Shown piece after piece: positions 50,168-60,048 of a DNA stretch of 64,000 nt (position 1 is its first letter; each line of letters opens with the position of its first letter). Both the position numbers and the translations under genes were made by a program. The notes under the pieces were generated by a model. It did no database searches, was not told the origin of the DNA, and saw nothing but the letters and a program-made list of their open reading frames with translations. The DNA is taken from positions 1,866-65,865 of the forward strand of contig CAZOGB010000012.1 in NCBI GenBank assembly GCA_964579145.1. Direction: 5' to 3'. Origin of the DNA: an uncultured bacterium (GTDB lineage: Bacteria; Armatimonadota; HRBIN16).

Positions 50168-51258
50168 TTCCCTTGCTCCGCCAGAACGGACTCATATATT
50201 TGGTAAAGCTTCTGCCAGTAGTGGGTAATGTCCAGATGCTCTACACTGCTCCGTGCATTTGCGCCCATCTGCAAGCGCAGGGGTTCGTTTTCTATCAGCT
50301 CCTGCATCGCCTGCGCAATGGCGGGAATATCTGTTGGAGGTACCAGCAGACCGTTAAACCCGTGCTGAACTACTTCGGGGATGCCGCCAACGGGCGAGGC
50401 AATGACCGGCAGTCCCCAGCTCATCGCCTCCAGAACGCTCATGGGCAGACCTTCGTTCAGGGAAGGGAGCACAAAGATATCCGCGCTGGCAAAGAGGGTG
50501 TTTCGCTGTTCGGCGGTTACCCAGTCCATCACGGTAACCTGCTTATCCAGCCCCAAATTGCTTACCTCTCGGCGCACACCTTCTACGTCACCATCACCCG
50601 CCATGACCAGATGCGCGCGCTTCAGTACTTCTTCCGGCAGAGCACTCATCGCCTGTACGGTTCGAATCGCCCCCTTCCGATTGCCCATCCGCCCCAGGAA
50701 GAGCAGGGTGACGGCACTTCTGCTGTTTCGTCCTGGAGGTAAGGTGGGTAAGGTGATGGGGTTGGGCAGTACCAGGATACGGTGTGGCGGTAAATCGGAG
50801 ATACCAAGGTAAAACTCCTTCCATTTCTCAGACAAGGCGATCAGCAACCGGCTTCGTCGGAGCATGTGGATTATCATTCGTTGAAGCGCACGCGGTTGGC
50901 GAGGGTAGAACTCATGGAACTCCGAACCATGTGCATGCAAAATGTAAGGTTTGCCAGCCATTTGGGCAAGCGTGGCAAAAACGGATTTCCGCCACGTGCT
51001 GGCGCGGCTGGCGAAGTGGATATGCACCAGGTCCACGGGACCAACAAGCAAGGCAGGTATAAAACGCGCCACCGCCCCCAGAAAGACGAGTAGCTTGTAT
51101 AATGCCGAGCCGTCGCGCATGGTGGCAATGTGGCGAATCTTTATTCCTGCAGGAGCGTGCGCCAGAATCAGCTTTTCCACCGAAGAGACTCCCCCACGAA
51201 CATCCAGCGCGGGCCCGAGCATGATGATATGTATGGCATCCCTGCCCTGTGCGCTCAT
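50164..51258 (-). CDS. Glycosyltransferase family 4 (GT-B fold)
   Basis: EGLPMSVLEAMSWGLPVIASPVGGIPE is the E-x7-E region typical of GT4. Start ATG at 51258. The track extension to 51378 is rejected. Confidence 0.8.
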   Translation of the reverse strand: MSAQGRDAIHIIMLGPALDVRGGVSSVEKLILAHAPAGIKIRHIATMRDGSALYKLLVFLGAVARFIPALLVGPVDLVHIHFASRASTWRKSVFATLAQMAGKPYILHAHGSEFHEFYPRQPRALQRMIIHMLRRSRLLIALSEKWKEFYLGISDLPPHRILVLPNPITLPTLPPGRNSRSAVTLLFLGRMGNRKGAIRTVQAMSALPEEVLKRAHLVMAGDGDVEGVRREVSNLGLDKQVTVMDWVTAEQRNTLFASADIFVLPSLNEGLPMSVLEAMSWGLPVIASPVGGIPEVVQHGFNGLLVPPTDIPAIAQAMQELIENEPLRLQMGANARSSVEHLDITHYWQKLYQIYESVLAEQGK

Positions 51259-51311
51259 GCCTCTATTTTGCCACATTCCGTACCGAACCGCAAGACAGAG
51301 GGCACCGGGCG

Positions 51312-51839
51312 TTAAGAAGGCTGAGAAGCAGGGGAATCTTGATGGTGCTGGTCCTGCTGACAGCTGGAGTTCTGCCACTCGTCCAGTATCTGCAGGGCGC
51401 GTCGGACGAGGCGGGGCACTGCGGCTTGAACTGGCTCCGAGAAGCCGATGCCGAACTCGTAAGGGTTCAGCACCTCCATGGCGAGGATGCGAATCTCCTG
51501 CGGGAATACCACCTGCAGGCGGTGTGCCATCTCCATCACTTCCGGCAAGCCGGCGTAGTGCGGTGAGGGCGCCACCACCCGGCGAAAGTCTTCCGGCTGG
51601 AACTCCAGCACGGTTCCCGGTGGATAGCGCCCGGTTACTACCGAATCGATCAACAGCGCACGGGCGTAGCCTTCCATCAGCTCCAGCAGTGCCAGACCGG
51701 CTTCCCCTGTCTGCACTATATCCACCGAGCCGTTCACGTGCCCGGCAATCTGGCGCGCTGCGTCCAGCCCCACGCCGTCATCGCCGAGCAGGTCGTTGCC
51801 CAGAGCCAGTACCAGCGTACGCCCGCGTTGCTCGTTCAT
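51312..51839 (-). CDS. Hydrogenase maturation endopeptidase (HyaD/HycI/FrhD family)
   Basis: LGNDLLGDDGVG N-terminal motif. 175 aa. 4-nt overlap with the hydrogenase large-subunit gene. Confidence 0.85.
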   Translation of the reverse strand: MNEQRGRTLVLALGNDLLGDDGVGLDAARQIAGHVNGSVDIVQTGEAGLALLELMEGYARALLIDSVVTGRYPPGTVLEFQPEDFRRVVAPSPHYAGLPEVMEMAHRLQVVFPQEIRILAMEVLNPYEFGIGFSEPVQAAVPRLVRRALQILDEWQNSSCQQDQHHQDSPASQPS

Positions 51840-53362
51840 CGCTTCTGCCGATGGATAACCTCGCCCTGTGCGTTGTACACGCTCAGCACCAGCGGCATCT
51901 GCCCGGGCAGGGAGTGTGTGGCGCAGGCATGGCAGGGGTCGTATGCCCGAAACGCCATCTCCACCTTGTTCAGAAGCCCTTCGGACACCTCGCCGCCGTG
52001 TATCAACCCCTTCGCCGCTTTCTCCACGCTCATCGCCATACGGGCGGAGTTGTTCTGCGTGGCGACGATCAGGTTCACCTTGCGCAGGATGCCGTCCTCA
52101 TCGGTCTCGTAGTGATGGAACAGCGTGCCACGCGGCGCCTCCACCACCCCGATGCCAACCGTTGGGCTGGTGGTGGGGATAACGCGCAGGTTGGTGCTGG
52201 TGATTTCAGGGTCGTTAATCAGCTCGTTGATGCGTTCGGCGGCGTACACCATCTCGATGACGCGCGCCCAGTGATTCGCCAGCGTATGGTGAACCGGCTT
52301 CTGCCCGAATGCGTTGAAGAACTCTTCGTAGGCTTTCTGCGCTTCGGGGGTCGCCATCCCCTCGGAGGCGTTCAGCCTTGCCAGCGGCGCCACCGAGTAG
52401 ATTCCGCTTTCCGCGCCGTCGGTGAAGCCCTTCCAGCCAACGCCCTTCAGGTAGCAGAACTTCACGTAGCTCCAGGGCTCCACGTGTTCGGCGATGTAGT
52501 CCAGATACGCCTGCGCGGCGAACTTCGCGTATTCGCTTCCCTCGGGCGAAACCACCCGTATCCTGCCATCGTAGAAGTTCACGCGGTTCTTCTCGTCCAC
52601 CAGCCCCATGTAGTAGGTGCGGTGGGTGTAGGTATCGGAGGTGATCAGGTCCATGTAGGCGGGGTTCTTCAGCACCACGTCCTTAAACACCTGCAGAGTG
52701 AACAGCGCAAACTCCAGAGCGTCTTTGGCAAGTTGCTGGAACTGCGGCAGGTCTTCAGGGGCGATGCCCTTCGCCACACCGCCCGGCAGTCCCAGCACGG
52801 GATGCACCACCTTTCCGCCCAGATAGGCAATGAACTCGCGCAGGCGACGACGGGTGGAAATCACGCGCTTGCCGATGTCCACGCCCACGGTCTGAATCAC
52901 GCCCAGCACGTTGCGCATCTCGGGCGGGGCATCGGGACCGACGATGAAGTCGGGTCCGCCCAGCACGTACACGTGCAGGGCATGGTCCTCCAGCATGAAG
53001 GTGTTGTAGACCAGTTCGCGGATTTTCTTCGCAGGCGAAGGCGGTTCTACGCGATACAGGTCGTCCAGAGCTTTGGTGGACGCCATATGGTGCGCGGTCG
53101 GGCACACTCCGCAGATTCGGCTGGTAATCTGGGGCATGTCTTCCGCCGGTCGTCCAAGAGAGAACACTTCGAAGCCGCGCAGTTCGGGCACCTGGAAGTA
53201 AGCACGCTCGACCTCGCCCTGCTCGTTGAGGAAGATGTCTATCTTGCCGTGCCCCTCCAGACGGGTAATCGGGTCTACGGTGATACGCCTGCGCTGGGCG
53301 TAGTATGCCTCATTGGCGCGGGTCTGTGCTTCGTTCCATACGGTCTGGATGTTTTCGTCCAT
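51836..53362 (-). CDS. mvhA: [NiFe]-hydrogenase large subunit (MvhA-like, group 3)
   Basis: N-terminal RICGVC and C-terminal DPCHACATH Ni-Fe ligating motifs. 508 aa. Confidence 0.9.
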   Translation of the reverse strand: MDENIQTVWNEAQTRANEAYYAQRRRITVDPITRLEGHGKIDIFLNEQGEVERAYFQVPELRGFEVFSLGRPAEDMPQITSRICGVCPTAHHMASTKALDDLYRVEPPSPAKKIRELVYNTFMLEDHALHVYVLGGPDFIVGPDAPPEMRNVLGVIQTVGVDIGKRVISTRRRLREFIAYLGGKVVHPVLGLPGGVAKGIAPEDLPQFQQLAKDALEFALFTLQVFKDVVLKNPAYMDLITSDTYTHRTYYMGLVDEKNRVNFYDGRIRVVSPEGSEYAKFAAQAYLDYIAEHVEPWSYVKFCYLKGVGWKGFTDGAESGIYSVAPLARLNASEGMATPEAQKAYEEFFNAFGQKPVHHTLANHWARVIEMVYAAERINELINDPEITSTNLRVIPTTSPTVGIGVVEAPRGTLFHHYETDEDGILRKVNLIVATQNNSARMAMSVEKAAKGLIHGGEVSEGLLNKVEMAFRAYDPCHACATHSLPGQMPLVLSVYNAQGEVIHRQKR

Positions 53363-53375
53363 CGTTCATCCCTCC

Positions 53376-54344
53376 TCAACGAGTCACTTTCGCACGCAGT
53401 AGCGATTTCGCCAGCGAGTAGCGATAGAAGGTTCCCACCGGGTCCACGATACCGTCCAGTATCTTCTCGATCTCCTCTGGCTCGCGCGCGTTCACCGAGG
53501 ATGCCAGCGCAGAGAGTATCTTGGCGCCCTGATCGCGCACGCGCGAGGTGGGTCCGAAACAACCGGTGCAGGGCATGTTGCCGCGAATGCACTGCGCCTC
53601 ACAGCCCGAACAGGTGGCAGGTCCCATGCAGATAATGCCCTGCGCGAGGAAGCACGTTTCGGGGTCTATCGGTGTCCAGTGCGGTCGCTTGAACTCGTTG
53701 ATCTTCAGGTCCACGGGTTTGGTCTCTTTGCGCGGACAGCTGTCGCACTGGGCGGTATCGGGCGCCAGCACCGTTCCCTTTGGCGGCAGGTTGCCCGACA
53801 GGAGCGTCAGCACCGCCTGCTTCAGCAGCTTGGGCGTGGGCGGACAGCCGGGCAGGTAGTAGTCTACCTCCACCACCTGGTCCAGACTGCGCACCAGCCC
53901 CCGGAACTCTGGCAGGGTGACCGCCGTGCCGTTATCACGGTGTCGAGGTTGAGGGTGCACGCGCTCCTCGTTCACCACGCTGGGAGCCTCCTCATAGACG
54001 TATCGCAGAATCTGCTCGCGGGTGAATTGGTTGGCAAGGCTGGGGATACCGCCCGTATGCGCACACGCACCGTAGGCGATGAGTATCTGGCTCTTGCGTC
54101 GGAGCAAGTGTGCCATCTCCTCCTGCTCGGAGGTGCGGATGGAGCCGTTCACCATCGTGGCGAGGATGGAGCCATCGGGCATCGCCTCCAGGTCCTTGCG
54201 CTTGAAGTCCATCGCCACGGGCCAGAAGACGATATCCACCGCCTGAGCGACCTCCAGGATGTCCTCGGCAAGGTCAACGATGGACTCCTCACATCCGCCA
54301 CACGAGGCGCACCAGTAGAACGCGACTTTAGGCTTGTCAGGCAT
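53376..54344 (-). CDS. mvhG: [NiFe]-hydrogenase small subunit (MvhG-like) with a C-terminal Fe-S extension
   Basis: WCASCGGCEESI proximal-cluster motif. Start ATG at 54344 is preceded by GAGGAGG. C-terminal Cys cluster. Confidence 0.85.
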   Translation of the reverse strand: MPDKPKVAFYWCASCGGCEESIVDLAEDILEVAQAVDIVFWPVAMDFKRKDLEAMPDGSILATMVNGSIRTSEQEEMAHLLRRKSQILIAYGACAHTGGIPSLANQFTREQILRYVYEEAPSVVNEERVHPQPRHRDNGTAVTLPEFRGLVRSLDQVVEVDYYLPGCPPTPKLLKQAVLTLLSGNLPPKGTVLAPDTAQCDSCPRKETKPVDLKINEFKRPHWTPIDPETCFLAQGIICMGPATCSGCEAQCIRGNMPCTGCFGPTSRVRDQGAKILSALASSVNAREPEEIEKILDGIVDPVGTFYRYSLAKSLLRAKVTR

Positions 54345-54864
54345 GGGTTGCCACCTCCTCGCTTTGTGCCTCCGCCTCGATGGACGCCAGCTCGGCATCC
54401 CACTCTTTGAACCGTCTCGTCAGGCGCAGGGGTCCCAGAGCGCGCACCTGCTCCACCATCTCGTTAATGGTCTTGCTCACCTTTTCGCCCTCGGAAGCGG
54501 CAATCCACTCAAGGCGCAGACGTTGTTCCTCGATGCCCAAATCGCGAAGCAGGCGACGGAGCAGGTGGTAACGGCGCAGTGTCTTGTAGTTGCCCTCTAC
54601 ATAGTGACAGTCTCCCGGATGACAGCCGCCAATGAGCACTCCGTCCGCGCCGTGCGCAAAAGCATCCAGCACAAACTGCGGGTCCACACGCCCCGAACAC
54701 ATCACGCGAATCACGCGCACGTTCGGGTCATAGCCCATTCGGGAGACTCCCGCCAGATCCGCTGCCGTATAGGTACACCAGTTGCAGAAGAACGCCACGA
54801 TAAGCGGTTCCCACTGCATGCTGGTGGAGAGCTGGTCGGTTACAGGTTTATCTTCCATGCTCAT
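54337..54864 (-). CDS. mvhD: Methyl-viologen-reducing hydrogenase delta subunit (MvhD) family protein
   Basis: FFCNWCTY...VMCSGRV...GGCHPGDCHY motifs. 175 aa. Confidence 0.85.
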   Translation of the reverse strand: MSMEDKPVTDQLSTSMQWEPLIVAFFCNWCTYTAADLAGVSRMGYDPNVRVIRVMCSGRVDPQFVLDAFAHGADGVLIGGCHPGDCHYVEGNYKTLRRYHLLRRLLRDLGIEEQRLRLEWIAASEGEKVSKTINEMVEQVRALGPLRLTRRFKEWDAELASIEAEAQSEEVATHA

Positions 54865-54872
54865 CCCTCCGT

Positions 54873-56873
54873 TTACTGGGCGTACGCCAGCACGCCCTCT
54901 ATCTCGCTGAATATCTCTTCGTCCTCAAACAGGTTCTGTCTGATGGAACCGGATGGACAGGCGGCCACGCAGGTGCCGCATCCCTTGCAGAGCACCTCAT
55001 TGATGTGCGCCTTCTGCTTCTCTTCGTCAAAGGTAATCGCCGTGTACGGACACAGCGGGATGCAGGTCTTACAGCCCGAACACTCCTCTTCCAGCACGTA
55101 GGCGGTGTTTGGCTCGAGCTCGAAGAAGCCTGTGTCCGCCAGCGCGATGGCTTCAGCAGCGGCGTAACCCGCCTGCATCACGCTGTCGGGAATATCCTTG
55201 GGTCCATGACAGACGCCTGCGATAAAGATTCCATCTGTGTAGGTCGGGGCAGGCGCCAGCTTGGGGTGCTTCTCGAGGAAGAAACCGTCCATCGAACAGC
55301 CGATGCCGAACAGCCTCTGCACGTTCAGTGCGTCTGATTGAGGCTCCAGCCCCACCGCAAGCACCACCATATCCAGCGGAATGCGCCGCACAAAGCCGGT
55401 GTTGGTATCCTCCACCCGTGCCACCAGCTTGCCCTCTTCCGAGGGGTCCAGCGCCCAATCGGTAATCTCGGCGACGCGCCCGCGCACAAAGTGCACCCCT
55501 TCGTTGAGCACGCGCTGGTAGAACTCCTCGTAACCCTTGCCGGCGGCGCGCATGTCGATGTAGAAGATGTACACCTCCGCGCCGGTATGCTCTTTGATGA
55601 GGTGTGCCAGCTTCAGCGAGGTCATACAGCACACGCGCGAACACCAGCGGTTGGTGTTTTCGTCTCGCGAGCCGACGCACAGGATGATGCCCACGCTCTT
55701 CGGCACGCGCCCGTCACGGGTGACAACCTGCCCGCCGGTGGGTCCCGAAGCGTTGACCAGACGCTCTACCTCCAGCGTGGTGTACACGTTGGGGTACTTG
55801 CCGTAACCGTACTGCGGCAGGCGACGCGGATCAAACGTCTGGAAACCGGTGGCGATAATGATGGAGCCCACATGGATTTCCTCATAGGTCTCTTTCTGCT
55901 CGAAGTCAATGGCTCCACGCTCCAGGCATGCTTCCAGACAGGTTTTCTTGCACTTGCCCGTGCGCAGCTGGATACACGCCTCGGGGTCAATCACCACCAC
56001 TTTGGGAGTTGCCTGTGGGAAGGGGATGTATATCGGCTTGCGCTTGCTCAAACCCAGGTTGAACTCGTCGTCGAACTTGGGTTCCTTAAACACGCAGGAT
56101 TCGATGCACTCGAGGCATCCCACGCATAGGTCTTCGCGAACGTAACGCGGCTTGCGCTTCACCACCACCTTGTAGTCGCCGACGAAACCGTCGACGCTGA
56201 CCACTTCCGAGTACGTCCACAGGGTGATGTTGGGATGCTCTTTCACCGCCGACATTTTCGGGGTGAGGATACACGCCGCGCAGTCCAAGGTGGGGAAGGT
56301 CTTGTCGTACTGCGCCATGTGCCCGCCGATGGTCGGCTCGCGTTCCACCAGATAGACCTTTTTCCCCGAGTTGGCAACGGTCAGCGCGGCATGGATACCA
56401 GCGATACCGCCACCCACCACCAGTACCTCGGAGTGAATGGGCACGCGCCGTCGCTCCAGAGGCTTGTGGAAGTATACACGCCTGACCGCCGCGCGCACCA
56501 GGTCTTTCGCCTTCTCGGTAGCACCCTGGCGGTCGCTGTGGACCCACGAGTCGTGCTCGCGGATGTTCACCATCTGCACAAAGAAGGGGTTCAGCCCTGC
56601 CCTTTCCGCGGCGCCGCGGAAGGTAGGTTCGTGCAGGGAAGGACTGCACGCGGCAACGACCACGCGGTTAATATGCAGTTCCTCGATGTCTTTGACGATA
56701 AGCTCCTGTCCCGGGTCGGAGCACATATACTTGTAGTCGCGAGCCACCACCACTCCGGGCAGTGTGGCGGCATACTGTGCCACCGCCTCCACATCCACGG
56801 TGCCGGCAATGTTCACCCCGCAGTGGCAGATATAAACGCCGATGCGTACCTCGCCGTTTCTTTGCTCAGACAT
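54873..56873 (-). CDS. hdrA: Heterodisulfide reductase subunit A-like flavoprotein (HdrA)
   Basis: FAD motif VLVVGGGIAGIHAALTVANSG. Several CxxCxxCxxxCP ferredoxin motifs. 666 aa. Confidence 0.9.
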   Translation of the reverse strand: MSEQRNGEVRIGVYICHCGVNIAGTVDVEAVAQYAATLPGVVVARDYKYMCSDPGQELIVKDIEELHINRVVVAACSPSLHEPTFRGAAERAGLNPFFVQMVNIREHDSWVHSDRQGATEKAKDLVRAAVRRVYFHKPLERRRVPIHSEVLVVGGGIAGIHAALTVANSGKKVYLVEREPTIGGHMAQYDKTFPTLDCAACILTPKMSAVKEHPNITLWTYSEVVSVDGFVGDYKVVVKRKPRYVREDLCVGCLECIESCVFKEPKFDDEFNLGLSKRKPIYIPFPQATPKVVVIDPEACIQLRTGKCKKTCLEACLERGAIDFEQKETYEEIHVGSIIIATGFQTFDPRRLPQYGYGKYPNVYTTLEVERLVNASGPTGGQVVTRDGRVPKSVGIILCVGSRDENTNRWCSRVCCMTSLKLAHLIKEHTGAEVYIFYIDMRAAGKGYEEFYQRVLNEGVHFVRGRVAEITDWALDPSEEGKLVARVEDTNTGFVRRIPLDMVVLAVGLEPQSDALNVQRLFGIGCSMDGFFLEKHPKLAPAPTYTDGIFIAGVCHGPKDIPDSVMQAGYAAAEAIALADTGFFELEPNTAYVLEEECSGCKTCIPLCPYTAITFDEEKQKAHINEVLCKGCGTCVAACPSGSIRQNLFEDEEIFSEIEGVLAYAQ

Positions 56874-57774
56874 AGGTTTGCGCCTCCTTCTTCACGGTGA
56901 ACCACTGTTCAATCTGCTTTCTGCCTGAGATAGCGCGGTGCAGTCCCAGTTCACGAAAACCGCCGCCCAGCGCCCAGCCGATCACCTGCGTCAGGTACAG
57001 GATGGGCATGTCAATGGGTTCACCGCTCTGCTTGCGTATTTCCGCCTGATAGGCGTCCAGGTTGAACTGACACAGCGGACAGATGGTCACAATTGCCTGT
57101 GCACCCTGCCGCATCGCCTCCTTGAGCAGGATGTAGTTTAGACGCACGCCCACATCGTGGATGGTTCCGGTCAGTGAGCCACCACAGCATTTGGTCTTCA
57201 GGGTGTAATCCACCACGTCCACCCCTACCGCCTGAAGGATTTCGTCCATGCGTGTGGGCTGATGGGGGTCATCGATCTCGCCGTAGGGGCGCACCGCCTG
57301 ACAACCATAATAGCACGCCATGCGCACTCCCTGCAGGCGACGGCTGGTCAGTTCCCGCAGTCGCTGGATACCTACGTCGGTGTACAGCACCTCCAGCGGA
57401 TGGCGCACGCGCACCGAGTCGAGACGCGGTAACCCCGCCTGCTCCAGATACTGCTCCACCTTCTGCGCGATTTGCGAATGCTTCTCTACCAGATCCTGGC
57501 TTTTGCGCAGGGTCAGGTAGCAGGCATTGCAGGGCGCCAGCAGGTCACGGGAACCCGTCTGCCGAGCCAGCGCCAGATTCCGTGCCGCCATCAGCGTTGC
57601 CGAGGTTTCGCTGACCGACATATAGGTGGTCGCCCCGCAGCAGTTCCAGTCGGGCAATTCGGTCAGCGGTATCTCCAGCAGGCGGAACGTGGTGAGCAGA
57701 CTCTCTTCATAAGCGATGCCCGTGCCCTTCAGCGAACAACCGGGGTAGTACAGATACCTGGCAGAAGGTTGCAT
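56866..57774 (-). CDS. hdrB: Heterodisulfide reductase subunit B-like (CCG-domain protein, HdrB)
   Basis: Two cysteine-rich CCG domains (YYPGCSLKG...NCCGA...YYGCQ...KCCGG). Confidence 0.85.
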   Translation of the reverse strand: MQPSARYLYYPGCSLKGTGIAYEESLLTTFRLLEIPLTELPDWNCCGATTYMSVSETSATLMAARNLALARQTGSRDLLAPCNACYLTLRKSQDLVEKHSQIAQKVEQYLEQAGLPRLDSVRVRHPLEVLYTDVGIQRLRELTSRRLQGVRMACYYGCQAVRPYGEIDDPHQPTRMDEILQAVGVDVVDYTLKTKCCGGSLTGTIHDVGVRLNYILLKEAMRQGAQAIVTICPLCQFNLDAYQAEIRKQSGEPIDMPILYLTQVIGWALGGGFRELGLHRAISGRKQIEQWFTVKKEAQTYV

Positions 57775-58344
57775 TTAGTCCACCTCCCTCGACGCGGCGG
57801 GAATGTACTGCAGTTCGTTCGTGCGCTGAATGCGCTCCCTTCGCAGGGACAGCCTGCCCGTACGCCACAGGTCCCACCCTGTACGTGCCATGGAGAACAG
57901 AATGAGCGGGTTCGAGCGAAGCGCCATGCGAAGCACCACCCACAACTCGGAGTTGCGCCCGCGACGCCGAACCATCTCGCAGAACTCCTGCGCCAGCACA
58001 GGGATGGGGAAACGCTTGGGGTAAACGTTGTTCCGAATGGCTTCACGCTTCAGCTGGTACATCACGTCGGTGATGTTAATCTTCTGGGGACACTCCACAC
58101 TGCAGGAGTAGCAGCTGGCACATAGCCAGATGGTCTTCGACCGCAAAACGTCTTCGCGGAAGCCTTCACGTACCATAGCCATTACCCGGCGAGGGGTTAA
58201 ATCCATGTAGATGGACAGAGGGCAGGTGCCTGAGCAGGTGCCGCACTGGATACACGACAGCAGGCGTTCACAGCCCGGATGCTCGGTGAACCGACGCGCC
58301 CACTCGAGGTCTGCTTCCCTCTGGTAACGTATCTGCCGCTCCAC
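57775..58344 (-). CDS. hdrC: Heterodisulfide reductase subunit C-like 4Fe-4S protein (HdrC)
   Basis: CIQCGTCSGTCP and CASCYSCSVECP ferredoxin motifs. GTG start with AAGGAGG 7 nt upstream. Confidence 0.85.
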   Translation of the reverse strand: MERQIRYQREADLEWARRFTEHPGCERLLSCIQCGTCSGTCPLSIYMDLTPRRVMAMVREGFREDVLRSKTIWLCASCYSCSVECPQKINITDVMYQLKREAIRNNVYPKRFPIPVLAQEFCEMVRRRGRNSELWVVLRMALRSNPLILFSMARTGWDLWRTGRLSLRRERIQRTNELQYIPAASREVD

Positions 58345-58379
58345 GGGAAACGCCTCCTTCTTGTTGGGATGTATTGGTT

Positions 58380-58690
58380 TTTTCGCCTAATTAACTTCTT
58401 TACTTTAGTATGGTGAATTTATCATTTTCATTGTATCACTTTCCTACCACCTGCGCAAGCAGTCATCACCGTCTACCAGCGCGACAGGCATCCCCACGGC
58501 GTACACCAGGCTGAAATACAGTTGAAAAGTTACTTACATTTGCTGTAAATATTCACTGAACAGTCTATAAAATAAATCCTTTTGATTAATTTTCGTCATT
58601 TAATGAATTTAGTAGATTTATTGGTATAATAAATCATGTCGCTAATGATTTTTTAGTCTTTTTACGCAACTTTCTTCAAAGCGAGAAAAC
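58380..58690. promoter_or_regulatory. AT-rich island of about 300 bp upstream of the hdr-mvh operon (divergent promoter region)
   Basis: Local GC is far below the roughly 62% window average (runs such as ttaattttcgtcatttaatgaatttagtagatttattggtataataaatcat). Contains TATAAT-like elements. Confidence 0.5.
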
Positions 58691-58848
58691 GGGCGGGATG
58701 GAGTGCCAGGATAGCAGTAACAAAGCCTGTAGCGGACGCCAGCGAGGCATCGCATTGGTCCAGCAATGCCTCATGCAGAACCCTCCAGCCCGCAGGGACA
58801 CCAGGGCGGACGGCGAAAGGATGCATAGCCGGATAGAGGAGGCGACTA

Positions 58849-60045
58849 ATGCCCGATAGTGTGCTGACTGACCTGGCGCATCAGGTGCTGGAGGTATCCC
58901 AGAGCGCGGAACACCGTCGGCGGCGTGAGATCTGGGTACGGTTCCACGCTCTGTGCCCTCCGCGCACGCTGGTGCACTACGCGATGTACACTCACGTCTG
59001 GGAACGCGAAATCGCTCCGCCGCATCTGTTCCGACACCAAACGGGGCTGGCGCGCCGTATCGAGGTACAGCTGCGAGCAAAGCTGTGGAAAGCCCGGCAT
59101 ATTCCCGACGATGAACCTCTGCTTCCCACCGTCTGGCTGACGACGCCCCATCCGCCGGGTGAGAGCCGTCTGTGGGGAGTGCCCATTGAAAGCGTGCGCA
59201 CCGCAGATCTGGGCGCGTATAAACCGGTGCCACCCCTGCGCACCGAACAGGACCTGCAACGCCTGCACTATCCGCCCTATGAGGAGTTATCCACCGAGAA
59301 GCTTGCCTCGCTGGAACACGCGACCGAGCTCACCGGGGGACTTCTGCCCATCAAGTTTTACAGCGACGAACTGCACTACGGACCGATCGAGTGGGCAGTG
59401 CGCCTGCGCGGTATGGACAACCTGCTGTATGACGTGGTTGACCGCCCTGAGTTCGTACACCGGCTGATGGACTTCATCACCGAGGGCATGGTTCGGTATC
59501 ACCGCGCCCGGGAGGCTGCAGGAGCCGTGGACGCCGAGGCGAGCTGGGCGATACACATGATTTACGATGCCGTGCCCCCTGGAAAGGAAAACCTTCTGAG
59601 CGGGTGCTGGGCGTATATTCATGCACAATCCGCTGCCTCGCTGTCGCCGCGCATGTACGCCGAGTTCGTGCATCCCTACAACGCGCGCCTCGCCAGCCTG
59701 TTTGGTAGAGTATATTATCACGGCTGTGAGGACCTGTCGGCAAAGGCTACCATTATCCGCGACCTGCCCAACCTGCGGCTATTTCACGTCAGCCCGTGGA
59801 CGCCGGTGGAGCCGGTGGTGCAAGCGCTGGGCAACCGCTTTGCGCTGGAGGTACACTCACACCCGACGAAAGTGCTGTTCGAGTTCTCGCCTCAGCAGAT
59901 GCGTGAGGAGCTGCGTCAGCGTCACCGGGCGGCAGGAGACGCCGTGCACGTGCTGAAGCTGTGTGATGTAGAAACGGTGGGCGCGAACGGGCAGAGGTTG
60001 AAGCGATGGGCAGAACTGGCAAGGGAGATGGTGGAATCCTCATAA
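58849..60045 (+). CDS. Hypothetical protein (possibly a URO-D-like TIM-barrel fold; unverified)
   Basis: 398 aa. RBS GGAGG upstream. No confident motif. Confidence 0.55.
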   Translation: MPDSVLTDLAHQVLEVSQSAEHRRRREIWVRFHALCPPRTLVHYAMYTHVWEREIAPPHLFRHQTGLARRIEVQLRAKLWKARHIPDDEPLLPTVWLTTPHPPGESRLWGVPIESVRTADLGAYKPVPPLRTEQDLQRLHYPPYEELSTEKLASLEHATELTGGLLPIKFYSDELHYGPIEWAVRLRGMDNLLYDVVDRPEFVHRLMDFITEGMVRYHRAREAAGAVDAEASWAIHMIYDAVPPGKENLLSGCWAYIHAQSAASLSPRMYAEFVHPYNARLASLFGRVYYHGCEDLSAKATIIRDLPNLRLFHVSPWTPVEPVVQALGNRFALEVHSHPTKVLFEFSPQQMREELRQRHRAAGDAVHVLKLCDVETVGANGQRLKRWAELAREMVESS

Positions 60046-60048
60046 AGT

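Noticed and set aside
50951-53635. 894-aa ORF on the plus strand
   Set aside because: It is antisense to the GT4, maturation-protease and hydrogenase large-subunit genes. The translation is Arg/Ala/Pro-rich low complexity, typical of high-GC antisense frames. The minus-strand genes carry clear catalytic motifs.
58620-58660. 6-codon ORF (MSLMIF) in the AT-rich island as a leader peptide
   Set aside because: It has no recognisable attenuator structure or regulatory codon run, so it is probably chance.
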